64,000 nt of DNA from an uncultured Syntrophaceae bacterium (GTDB taxonomy: Bacteria > Desulfobacterota > Syntrophia > Syntrophales > UBA5619): positions 34,508 to 98,507 of the forward strand of contig CAZWTL010000004.1 in NCBI GenBank assembly GCA_964637025.1, read 5' to 3'. Within the stretch, counting starts at the first letter, position 1. Each line of letters opens with the position of its first letter. Made by a program: the position numbers and the translations under genes. The notes below the pieces were generated by a model, which saw only the letters and a list, made by a program, of their open reading frames with translations, was not told where the DNA came from and ran no database searches. This document shows positions 8,466 through 17,401 of this stretch, in pieces.

Positions 8466-9866
8466 TTGAAAAAGGTTCACAACGGGAGCCCCTGCTCCCC
8501 ACTGGATCCCGCCTCGGAGATCATCCTCTCCTGGGAACGTGAAGGCTTCCCCCAGACCGATTGGACCGCCTTTTCGTTCAAGGGATCGTGCGACATCGAC
8601 GCCCTGAAAGCCGCCCTTCAAGAGGCATTGAGGCGCCGACCGGTGTTTCGATCCCATCTTGTCGTTTCGAAACGCCTTGGGCTTCAAACCTACCGGTGGC
8701 GTATTGCTTCCGAACCGTGTCCGCTGGAGGTGACCGATCTTCGCGGGATAGGAAACCGGCCGGTCGATATGGAGCAGTGGACCCAACAGACCCTTGCCCC
8801 CGTTGTCGAGCGGTATGGGAATAATCTTGCAACGGAATATCCCGCCCGCTTCCTCCTGATGCTTCTGCCGGATGATCATGGCTGTTTTGCGGTGGTCTGG
8901 CATCACGCGTCGACGGACGGCGGCGGCCTGTATGATTTTTTACGCGGCCTCTTCAGCGAATACCATCGTCTGGTCAGGGGGGAAGATCCCGAATGGGCGA
9001 ATGTCGCGGGCCTTCATTCCCAGACGGGAAGGAGTGAGGAGATCGAGCCGATGCACTGGGGGCGGTTTTTCAAGGAAGCGGCCGTCCAGTTGATCCGCTA
9101 TCCCGTGCAGGCGTCCGCCCAGTTGATCAGCTCCCCTTCCGGCCCCCCGGAACGTCATGTAATCCGTTTTCGTTTCGACGACCCTCTTCTGCAGGAGGCC
9201 CTTCGCCAAAGGGCCAGACGCGACCAAGGCACCCTTTCGGACCTCTGTCTTGCGGCGGCCAAGTTGGCTCTCCAGGAATGGAACGAATACAGGGGGAACC
9301 CCCCGCGGGTGATGCACCACTGGCTCGCCGTGAATCAGCGGCTCCGCCAGTCGCGAATGCGGACGGATGCAACGAACAATCCCCTCATTGCGATCAACAT
9401 CCCGAGCCTGCCCGGTGACCGAAAAGATCCGCAAGCCCTGCTGCGGCACGTCATCGGCCACCGCAGGCGGATGCTCGCTGAAGGCTTTGACGTGGCGCTT
9501 TACCGTTTGGCGAACGGGATGACCCGTGCGGGCCGGGTGTTGCCGATCGCCATCAGGCACCCCGTTCTGAGGCGGATCATGGATCACCGGCTTTCTTTCT
9601 TCCTGTCCAATGTCGGGGTGGTTTGGCCCAGGATCGAAAACGGGAAAGCGACCGGAGAAACCGCCATCAGGGTCGTCGGCGATATGGAACTGGAGGACAT
9701 CCACAGCAGCATCGGGACGACGTTCAACAATCCGATCTGTCTGATCCTCCGGACGTTCCTGGGCCGGCTGTACTTTAACTTCACGACCGGAAGACATCGA
9801 ATTTCGGACGCGGATGGGCAGGCGTTCTCGCAACTCGTCGTGGATAAAGTGATGGCCTATCTGTGA
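8466..9866 (+). CDS. Stand-alone condensation-domain / CoA-dependent acyltransferase-fold protein
   Basis: HHxxxDG motif (VVWHHASTDGGG), N-terminal LKAALQEALRRRPVFRS helix, 466 aa with no A or T domain. Confidence 0.8.
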   Translation: MKKVHNGSPCSPLDPASEIILSWEREGFPQTDWTAFSFKGSCDIDALKAALQEALRRRPVFRSHLVVSKRLGLQTYRWRIASEPCPLEVTDLRGIGNRPVDMEQWTQQTLAPVVERYGNNLATEYPARFLLMLLPDDHGCFAVVWHHASTDGGGLYDFLRGLFSEYHRLVRGEDPEWANVAGLHSQTGRSEEIEPMHWGRFFKEAAVQLIRYPVQASAQLISSPSGPPERHVIRFRFDDPLLQEALRQRARRDQGTLSDLCLAAAKLALQEWNEYRGNPPRVMHHWLAVNQRLRQSRMRTDATNNPLIAINIPSLPGDRKDPQALLRHVIGHRRRMLAEGFDVALYRLANGMTRAGRVLPIAIRHPVLRRIMDHRLSFFLSNVGVVWPRIENGKATGETAIRVVGDMELEDIHSSIGTTFNNPICLILRTFLGRLYFNFTTGRHRISDADGQAFSQLVVDKVMAYL

Positions 9867-9908
9867 GGAGGCAAAGGGGGACGACGCGCAGGAGGGCGTT
9901 GACGGTCC

Positions 9909-10751
9909 TCAATCCTTCAGAGCCCCCATCGTCAAGCCCTGGACGATGGACTTGCGGACGAAAAACGCAAAGACCGAGACGGGGAGCACGATCAGGGTCG
10001 CTGCCGCACCGATACCGGCCCAGTCGATCTTCCCGTAGGAGATGAAGTTGTAGACCGCCACCGGAACGGTCTTGGTCCTAGGACCCGAGAGGATCAGCGA
10101 AAAGAGGAACTGGTTCCACGAGAAGATGAAGGACATGATCGCCGAGGTGGCGATCCCGTTGCGTACGAGGGGCAGCACGATCCTGAGGAAGCTCTGCCAG
10201 CGGGAACAGCCGTCGATCATCGCCGCATCCTCCAGTTCGCCCGGCATGCTCTCGAAAAACGAGACCATCAGCCAGATCACCATCGGCATCGTGATGATCA
10301 GGTGGGTGATCGTGAGCGCCGTAAAGGTGTCGATCAGCCTCAGATAACGAAAGATGATGTACCAGGGCAGCAGGTAGCTCACGAACGGCGTCATCCGGGC
10401 CACGAGGATGAGTATGCCGATCTTGCCCTGCCGGTACTTCGCGATGGAGTAGGCCGCCGGCAGCCCCAGCACCAGCGAGATGGCCGTGGCGAGCGTGGCG
10501 ATCACGAGGCTGTTCATCAGATAACGGAAAAAATGGTGCTGCTGGAAAACCGCCCTGAAGTTCTCCAGCGTGGGCATAAAAATGAATTCCGGGGGGTAGG
10601 AGATGTTCTGGACGCCGGTCTTGAGTCCGGTGAGGATCATCCAGACGAAGACGAAGAGGGGCGGCGCGCACAACGCAACGGCTCCGGCGTAAAAGAGGGT
10701 CTTTCTGACGACGTCGCCCATCCGGCTTCCCGGCATGTTCATCCACCCCAA
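9909..10751 (-). CDS. Carbohydrate ABC transporter permease (MalG-like)
   Basis: EAA loop ELEDAAMIDGCS; multiple TM segments; exact start uncertain. Confidence 0.92.
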   Translation of the reverse strand: MGWMNMPGSRMGDVVRKTLFYAGAVALCAPPLFVFVWMILTGLKTGVQNISYPPEFIFMPTLENFRAVFQQHHFFRYLMNSLVIATLATAISLVLGLPAAYSIAKYRQGKIGILILVARMTPFVSYLLPWYIIFRYLRLIDTFTALTITHLIITMPMVIWLMVSFFESMPGELEDAAMIDGCSRWQSFLRIVLPLVRNGIATSAIMSFIFSWNQFLFSLILSGPRTKTVPVAVYNFISYGKIDWAGIGAAATLIVLPVSVFAFFVRKSIVQGLTMGALKD

Positions 10752-10910
10752 TCTCTGAAAAACCTGATCCGGCCCTGACGGTCCTTTTCCGGCCTAGCGC
10801 CTCCTGGCCCCGCTCCGCATTCAGCCCTCTCACCTCTTCCCCGCGACCGTTTCCGCGCCCCAAGGCTTCCGGAACATCTCCCCGCAATCCGGTTTATGCC
10901 GTCCCTCTGC

Positions 10911-11837
10911 TCAGATCGCGACCGCGCTTCGCCTGAAGCGGTTCATGACCACATTGAACACGAGCACGATCAGAAACACGACCACCATCAGGGCCGATCC
11001 GTAGCCGGCCTTGAAGAAGCTGAACCCGACATTGTAGGAATAAAGGTAGAGCGTCTCGGACGCAATACCCGGCCCGCCCTGGGTGATCGTGTAGATCATG
11101 TCGAACTCCTTGAGGTTGTCCAGGGAGCGGAGCATGAGCGCCGCAACCAGCACGGGCCGGATCAGCGGCAGCGTGATGTAGCCGAAGATCTGCAGGGCGT
11201 TCGCCCCGTCGATCCGGGCCGCCTCGTACGGATCCTGGGGTAGGGACTTGAGTCCCGCCAGTACGATCAGCGTGATCATCGGGGTCCATTTCCAGACGTC
11301 CACCATCACCAGGGCAGGGATCACCATGGTTTCGCTGCTGACCCAAAGGCTCGAAGGCAGCCCCACACTCGTGAGCAGATAGTTGAGCACCCCGATTTCG
11401 GGATTCAGCATGATCCTCCAGATCAGCGCGACGGCAACCGGCGTCGCGGCGAAGGGGATGATGTAAATCGCCTGAACCAGTTCGCTTCCCTTGAAGGCGC
11501 GGTTGAAGTAGAGCGCGATCATCAGGCCCAGGACCAGTTCCAGGGCCAGGCTCGCGCCGCTGAAACAGACCATGACCTTCACGCCGTTCCAGACGCGCTC
11601 GTCGCCGAAGAGTTCAACGAAATTTTCGAGGCCGATGAAGCGGGGCTGTCCCAGACCGATGGTCCATTTGGTGAAGGTCAGATAGAGGTTGAAGGCGATG
11701 GGGAGGATGACGATCAGAAACAGGACCGCCACCGCCGGCGCCGGGAAAAAAAGGGGCTGGCGGCGGTCAACGAACCGGGAAATGGAGGCCAGAAACTGCT
11801 TCATAGACCCAAGGCCGATCGGGGCAGTGCCATGCAT
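10911..11837 (-). CDS. Carbohydrate ABC transporter permease (MalF-like)
   Basis: YEAARIDGAN EAA loop, DVWKWTPM; alternative start ATG 11804. Confidence 0.92.
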   Translation of the reverse strand: MHGTAPIGLGSMKQFLASISRFVDRRQPLFFPAPAVAVLFLIVILPIAFNLYLTFTKWTIGLGQPRFIGLENFVELFGDERVWNGVKVMVCFSGASLALELVLGLMIALYFNRAFKGSELVQAIYIIPFAATPVAVALIWRIMLNPEIGVLNYLLTSVGLPSSLWVSSETMVIPALVMVDVWKWTPMITLIVLAGLKSLPQDPYEAARIDGANALQIFGYITLPLIRPVLVAALMLRSLDNLKEFDMIYTITQGGPGIASETLYLYSYNVGFSFFKAGYGSALMVVVFLIVLVFNVVMNRFRRSAVAI

Positions 11838-11861
11838 CGAGGCTGTTCAAAATCCAGGGGT

Positions 11862-11901
11862 AAAAGCGGGACCGCCCGCTGCGTTCCAAGCGGGCAGTCC
11901 C
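11862..11901 (-). terminator. Intra-operonic stem-loop after the binding-protein gene (partial terminator/mRNA stabiliser)
   Basis: GGGACUGCCCGCU/AGCGGGCGGUCCC 13-bp stem with one G-U pair on the minus transcript, followed by UUUU. Confidence 0.6.
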
Positions 11902-11915
11902 CCAAACCCGCAGGG

Positions 11916-13223
11916 TTACCTTTCCATCTTCTTGTCCATCAGTTCGGCCGCCTTCCTGGCCGCCTCCGCCACGTCCTTCCCCTCGATCGCGGCCACAATC
12001 ACCTGGCCGGTGATGTCGCGGATCTCGGGGACGTTGATCACCGGCGGGTTCCACTGGCCCTGACCGATATCAAAGGACTTCATGGTGGCCGCGGTCCAGT
12101 CAGGCTGCTTGTCCCCCGCCTTGTATTCCTTGGATTTCCAGGAGGAGGCCCGCCCCGACGGCACCCCGGCGAGAAGCGCGCCCAGACAGTTCTCCTTGTT
12201 GGTCGCCCACTGGATGAAGAGCCACGCCGCCTTCTGTTTCTCGGGCGGGCTCGTCTTGCCGATCGACAGGCTCCAGTTGGAAACATGGGGCAGCCGAAGC
12301 CCTTTCGGTCCGGCCGGGATCACCGCATAACCGACCTTGCCGGCGACCTTGGACTCCTTGGGATTCTCGTAGAGGGCCTTGAAGACGTTCGCGTCGTAGA
12401 TCATGGCCGCCTTCCCTTCCATGAAGATGGAGGTGCTCTCCGCCCAGTGGAGCATCGTGCCTCCCTGCGGACCGTAGAACCTCAGGAGGTCGCCGTAGAA
12501 CTTGAAGGCCGCAATGTCCTCGGGGGATGCGAGGTTCGACTGGCCCTGGGCGTTGGTCCAGGAGCCGCCGAAGGTGTAGAGAAAATCGACCCACTGGGAG
12601 GTCGCCGCCGCTCCCTTCCCGCGCAGCGTGATGCCGACCATCTTCCTGCCATCCACCTCCTTGCCATGAAAATACTTCGCGACCTGTTCGAGTTCCTTCA
12701 TGGTGGAGGGGACCTTCTGTTTGAATTTCGCGAAGAGATCCTTGCGGTAGGCCAGAAGCGACGTCTCGGCGTTGATCACGATGCCGATCTGCTTGCCTTC
12801 CACCGAGGAGGCCTTCGCGAAGCTGGCGAAGAAATCCTTCGGATCCCAGGCCGGATCGGTCAAGGCGGGATCCGCGATGTAGGCATCCAGGGGCTGGAGC
12901 CATCCCGCCTTCCAGTAATGGAGGTCATCCTGGCCCGGCATGATCATGTACCCGTCCACCTTCCCGCCGGCGTTGAGCTCGATCGTCCGCTTGTTCCGGT
13001 ACTGATCCTCCGGAAAGGTTTCCATGACCACCTTGATGCCGGTCAGTCTCTCGAACTCGGGAATCTTCGGCTCGATAAAGGTCGTAAAAGGATGCTTGTT
13101 CATCAGAAAACGGATTTCGGTTCCCTGGCACTGCTTCCAATCCACTGCAGCAAAAGCCGTGGCCGAAGCCGCCCCTGCGCAGAGCAGGACCGCCAACACA
13201 ACGTACACCTTTGCTCTTTTCAT
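11916..13223 (-). CDS. Sugar ABC transporter substrate-binding protein
   Basis: Signal peptide, SBP_bac_1-like architecture, GAGGAGG RBS. Confidence 0.92.
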   Translation of the reverse strand: MKRAKVYVVLAVLLCAGAASATAFAAVDWKQCQGTEIRFLMNKHPFTTFIEPKIPEFERLTGIKVVMETFPEDQYRNKRTIELNAGGKVDGYMIMPGQDDLHYWKAGWLQPLDAYIADPALTDPAWDPKDFFASFAKASSVEGKQIGIVINAETSLLAYRKDLFAKFKQKVPSTMKELEQVAKYFHGKEVDGRKMVGITLRGKGAAATSQWVDFLYTFGGSWTNAQGQSNLASPEDIAAFKFYGDLLRFYGPQGGTMLHWAESTSIFMEGKAAMIYDANVFKALYENPKESKVAGKVGYAVIPAGPKGLRLPHVSNWSLSIGKTSPPEKQKAAWLFIQWATNKENCLGALLAGVPSGRASSWKSKEYKAGDKQPDWTAATMKSFDIGQGQWNPPVINVPEIRDITGQVIVAAIEGKDVAEAARKAAELMDKKMER

Positions 13224-13317
13224 GGAACGCCTCCTCGGTTCAATGGGTTTGGAAATTAGCCCCTCCGCCCCGCGGTCCCGGACCGCACAGGGGCGTCATT
13301 CGCCGTTCACCCGTCTA

Positions 13318-14418
13318 TCACACGATGGTTCGTGAAGTATCCTTGTCGAAAAGGTGGGTCTTGGCCATCCTGAAGTCCACCTCCAGGACCTGTCCCACGG
13401 TCAGCGGGCGTTCGGGCACCTCCATCCGAGCCACGATCGAGTGGACGCCGCAGGTCAGATAGACGAAGATCTCCGATCCCAGGGTTTCCACCACGTCCGC
13501 CCGCGCCGTGACGGTGTTGCCCTCGCTCCTGCCCGCCGCGGGGTGCGCCGCGATGTCTTCGGGCCGCAAGCCGAAGATCACCGGCCGGCCGGCATACGGA
13601 TCGAGCCGCGCGTGAAACGCCTCCGGCACCCGGACCCGGAACGCCCCGGCATCGACGTGCCATCCCCCCTCCTCTCGGATCAGCGTCGCCTCGATGAAAT
13701 TCATGGCCGGCGAGCCGATGAAGCCCGCCACGAAACGGTTCGCCGGCTGGCCGTAAACCTCCAACGGCACCCCCGTCTGCTGCAGCGCGCCGTTGTGCAG
13801 GATGAAGATCCGGTCCGCCATGGTCATGGCCTCGACCTGATCGTGGGTGACATAGATGATCGTGGCGCCCAGGCGACGGTGGAGCTTGCTGATCTCGGCC
13901 CGCATCGCGACCCGCAGCTTCGCGTCGAGGTTGGAAAGCGGCTCGTCGAAGAGAAAAACCTTGGGTTTGCGGACGATGGCCCGCCCGACCGCCACCCGCT
14001 GACGCTGTCCTCCCGACAGCTCCTTCGGCTTGCGCTCCAGCAACTCCTGGATGCCGAGGATATCGGCTGCCTCCTGGACCCTGGCTTCGATCTCCTCACG
14101 GGCGAACTTCCGAATCTTGAGCCCGAATCCGAGATTGTCCCGGACGTTCATGTGGGGATAGAGGGCATAGTTCTGGAAAACCATGGCGATGTCGCGGTCC
14201 TTGGGCGCCATGTCGTTGACGAGGGTGTCTCCGATGAAGATTTCACCGGAGGTGATCGTCTCCAGACCCGCGATCATCCGCAGCGCCGTGGTCTTTCCGC
14301 ACCCGGAGGGTCCGACCAGCACCGCGAATTCACGGTCCCGAATCTCGATGCTCAGGTGGTCGACCGCCGTGACCGCACCGAACCGTTTCACGACGTTCTT
14401 CAGGATCACATTGGCCAT
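13318..14418 (-). CDS. Sugar ABC ATP-binding protein (MalK/UgpC family)
   Basis: GPSGCGKT, LSGGQRQRVA, LFDEPLSNLD, C-terminal TOBE region. Confidence 0.96.
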   Translation of the reverse strand: MANVILKNVVKRFGAVTAVDHLSIEIRDREFAVLVGPSGCGKTTALRMIAGLETITSGEIFIGDTLVNDMAPKDRDIAMVFQNYALYPHMNVRDNLGFGLKIRKFAREEIEARVQEAADILGIQELLERKPKELSGGQRQRVAVGRAIVRKPKVFLFDEPLSNLDAKLRVAMRAEISKLHRRLGATIIYVTHDQVEAMTMADRIFILHNGALQQTGVPLEVYGQPANRFVAGFIGSPAMNFIEATLIREEGGWHVDAGAFRVRVPEAFHARLDPYAGRPVIFGLRPEDIAAHPAAGRSEGNTVTARADVVETLGSEIFVYLTCGVHSIVARMEVPERPLTVGQVLEVDFRMAKTHLFDKDTSRTIV

Positions 14419-14449
14419 GTCTGTCGCCTCTTATCGGATGGGATCCGTC

Positions 14450-15304
14450 CTAGATGGCGAAGGAGGAAAAACCTCCGTCCACCGGAACCACGACGCCGGT
14501 CACAAAGGCGGAGGCGTCGGAAAGCAGCCACACCAGCGTGCCGATCAGGTCGCACGGCTCGCCGAATCGGCCCATGGGCGTGTGGGCGATCACCTGGCGG
14601 GCGCGGGGCAGAAACCCGCCCGTCTCGGGATCGATGTGGAGGAAACGCAGTTGTTCCGTCAGAAAGAAACCCGGGGCCAGCGCGTTCACGCGGACGCCCG
14701 CATGGGCGAAATGGACCGCCAGCCACCGCGTAAAGTTGCTCACGGCCGCCTTTGCGGCGGAATAGGCGGCCACCTTGGTCAGCGGCACCAAGGCGCTCAT
14801 CGAGGAGATGTTGACAATCGCCCCCCGGCCGCGTGACGCCATCTCCCGGGCAAAGGTCTGGGTCGTCAGGAACGTCCCCATGAAATTGAGGTTGAAAACG
14901 TGCCGGAAACCCTCCGGGTCCAGATCGAAGAAGGACTGGCCGGGCACGCTCCCCGTTGTGCGGGGCCCCTCGAATTCGAAAGCGGTGCTGCCCCGTGGGT
15001 CGTTTCCGCCGGCGCCGTTGATCAGAAAATCAGGGGCTCCCCAGACGGCGGAGACGTTGTCGTGACACTCCCGAAGCCGGCCCGTATCCAGCACGTCGCA
15101 CTGCAGCGCGAGGGCGCTCCCTCCGGCCCGGACAATCGCCTGCGCCCGGTTTTCGGCCTTTTCGAGGCTGATGTCGAGAACCGCCACCCTCGCGCCCATG
15201 GCGCCCAGCGCGTCCGCCATCGCGCCGCAGAGATCTCCGCCGCCGCCGGTGACGACCCCAACCCTTCCCTCCAGATCGAATTGTCGCAGGATTTCGCCCT
15301 TCAT
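14450..15304 (-). CDS. SDR oxidoreductase, D-mannonate oxidoreductase (UxuB-type SDR)-like
   Basis: TGGGGDL, NGAGGNDP, YSAAKAAVSNFTRWLAVHF, NALAPGFFLTEQ; start at MKGEILRQF. Confidence 0.75.
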   Translation of the reverse strand: MKGEILRQFDLEGRVGVVTGGGGDLCGAMADALGAMGARVAVLDISLEKAENRAQAIVRAGGSALALQCDVLDTGRLRECHDNVSAVWGAPDFLINGAGGNDPRGSTAFEFEGPRTTGSVPGQSFFDLDPEGFRHVFNLNFMGTFLTTQTFAREMASRGRGAIVNISSMSALVPLTKVAAYSAAKAAVSNFTRWLAVHFAHAGVRVNALAPGFFLTEQLRFLHIDPETGGFLPRARQVIAHTPMGRFGEPCDLIGTLVWLLSDASAFVTGVVVPVDGGFSSFAI

Positions 15305-15326
15305 GCCGCAGCCCCCGATTCCGCCT

Positions 15327-16379
15327 CTAAAGCCCCCCCAGTCCTTCAGCAAAGGTTGTGACCTCGCCCCAGAAGGGCATGGAGACGGAGCAGCCGTGGC
15401 GGGCCACCACCATGGCGCCGCAGGCGTTTCCGAGCCGGGCCGCCCGCCGGAGGTCCCAACCCTTGACGTAACCATAGAGGAATCCCGCCCCGAAGGCGTC
15501 GCCGGCGCCGAGGATATTCTGCACCTTGACCGGAAAGCCCGGCACATCCTCGGCCTTTTCGCCCCGGCGATGTATCCGGCAACCCGCCTCTCCCCGCTTC
15601 TCGACGACAATCCCGGGGCCTTGCCCCAGCATGAAGTCCACGCATGCGGCCGTCTCCCCGCTTACACGGACATCGCTCTGCTGGGAATGGGTCATCCGGA
15701 CGGATCGTGCATCGTTCAGCATCACGGCGTTGATTTCATCCTCTGTGCCTATTGCGACATCGGTGAAAGGCAGGACGGAACGGATGGAGGTCCCGAAGGC
15801 GCGCGGGTCATGCCACAGCTTCGGCCGGAAATCCAGATCGAGCACAACAGCGGTCCCGACCTTCCGGGCAATCTCCACCGCGCAGAGGGTGGCGCTCCGG
15901 CTCGGCTCCTGGCTCAGGTTCGTGCCAGCAAACTGGAACACGCGGCTCCGGGCGATCGGAGCGGCCAGAACATCATCGATCGTCAGCGCGATGTCCGCGC
16001 AGTTGTCACGGTAGAAGACCAGCGGAAATTTGTCGGGCGGTTCGATGCCCAGGATGACGGCGCCCGTCTGCCGCCCCGGCTTCCGGGGACAAAAACGGAT
16101 ATCGACCCCTTCCTCGGTCAGGAAATGGGCCACGAAGTCGCCAACGGGATCCTCGCCAAAGGCGGTCAGAAGCGCCGATTTCAATCCCAGACGGCGGCAT
16201 CCCACGCTCATGTTGGTGGGGGAACCGCCCACATAGGCGGCAAAGCCGCGGATATGGACGAAATCGGCCCCGACATCGTTGCTGTACAGGTCGATGCCGG
16301 AACGGCCCATGTGAAACGTGTCGTACGCGCGCCTTATCCGGCGGGGATTCTGGGACACCATTCCACGATTTCCCGTCAT
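15327..16379 (-). CDS. iolC: PfkB kinase, 5-dehydro-2-deoxygluconokinase-like
   Basis: MGRSGIDLY, YVGGSPTNMSVG, FYRDNCAD, LDLDFRP, GAGDAF; start 16379 or 16361. Confidence 0.75.
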   Translation of the reverse strand: MTGNRGMVSQNPRRIRRAYDTFHMGRSGIDLYSNDVGADFVHIRGFAAYVGGSPTNMSVGCRRLGLKSALLTAFGEDPVGDFVAHFLTEEGVDIRFCPRKPGRQTGAVILGIEPPDKFPLVFYRDNCADIALTIDDVLAAPIARSRVFQFAGTNLSQEPSRSATLCAVEIARKVGTAVVLDLDFRPKLWHDPRAFGTSIRSVLPFTDVAIGTEDEINAVMLNDARSVRMTHSQQSDVRVSGETAACVDFMLGQGPGIVVEKRGEAGCRIHRRGEKAEDVPGFPVKVQNILGAGDAFGAGFLYGYVKGWDLRRAARLGNACGAMVVARHGCSVSMPFWGEVTTFAEGLGGL

Positions 16380-16547
16380 GTCCAATTTCTGGACGATCGA
16401 AATCCTATCGAATCCCAGTCCGCTTGTCCGATGAACGCAACCAAACCTCACGGAGGAGGCAAACACAGCCTCCGATGAGCCTATGCTGCGGACCGATCGC
16501 TCCGGTTTTCATGCAGGAGGAACGGCCCCGGCATTCGGGGATAGCCG

Positions 16548-16712
16548 TCAGCTCTTCCGGCTGGTCTTGGTCGTAAAGAGCGAGATGCGCTGCTTGGCCT
16601 TCTTGCTCTTGCACTTCGGGCAGGCCACCCTGGTCTTGCCGTGTTCGGAAATGCTCAGCATGACTGAAAACTTCTTTTTGCATTCCTGGCACTCGTATTC
16701 ATAGGTGGGCAT
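16548..16712 (-). CDS. FmdB-family zinc-ribbon protein
   Basis: MPTYEYECQEC...CPKC; GAGGAGG RBS. Confidence 0.9.
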   Translation of the reverse strand: MPTYEYECQECKKKFSVMLSISEHGKTRVACPKCKSKKAKQRISLFTTKTSRKS

Positions 16713-16816
16713 TTCAATCCTCCTCATTCGGTTCCGGTAATGACATTGCCGCACCCCTTCGCCGTCGGACAGGAAAGGGGCGATGGGATGTCTTCGTTGC
16801 GTATACTGTTTGCCTT

Positions 16817-16844
16817 ATCTTAGTGAATCGTCGTATATTGTCAA
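16817..16844 (-). promoter_or_regulatory. sigma70-type promoter for the fmdB-iolC-SDR-ABC operon
   Basis: TTGACA-16 nt-TAAGAT on minus strand. Confidence 0.55.
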
Positions 16845-16945
16845 GAGGGGAGTAAAGGGTCCGGCATCTCCTGCATGCATTCGCATCTTTCAATGCAGCC
16901 CTGCAAGGAGGAGCCGAGGATTTCGAATGGGATCGAGGATGCTTC

Positions 16946-17401
16946 ATGGCCAGAATCCTGATCGTCTACCACTCTCAGACCGGGAACACGAAACAGATGG
17001 CGGAAGCCGTCGCCGAGGGCGCGGCGGCCATTGAAGGGACAGAGGTGATTCTCAAGCGGGCGCAGGAAACCGATACGGAGGACCTCGTCGCCGCCGACGG
17101 AATCGCCTTCGGCACCCCGGAGAATTTCGGCACCATGTCCGGCATGATGAAGGATCTCTTCGACCGGACCTTTTACCCCGCGCAAGGCAAGGTGTTCCGG
17201 AAACCCTATGTGGTTTTCATCAGCGCGGGAAACGACGGCAGCGGCGCCCTCAACGCCATCGAACGGATCGCCCTCGGCTATCCATTTCGGAAGGCCCATC
17301 ATCCCGTCATCGGCAAAGGCGGGATCACCGCAGGGATTCTCGAAAAATGCCGCGAACTCGGGGCAACCCTCGCCGGCGGCTGCGACCTGGGCATCTATTG
17401 A
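16946..17401 (+). CDS. Flavodoxin / WrbA-like flavoprotein
   Basis: YHSQTGNTKQMA FMN-binding loop, FGTPENFG. Confidence 0.9.
   Translation: MARILIVYHSQTGNTKQMAEAVAEGAAAIEGTEVILKRAQETDTEDLVAADGIAFGTPENFGTMSGMMKDLFDRTFYPAQGKVFRKPYVVFISAGNDGSGALNAIERIALGYPFRKAHHPVIGKGGITAGILEKCRELGATLAGGCDLGIY

Noticed and set aside
17395-17401. 7-nt convergent overlap of flavodoxin and aldolase stops
   Set aside because: Common in compact genomes; no evidence of function.
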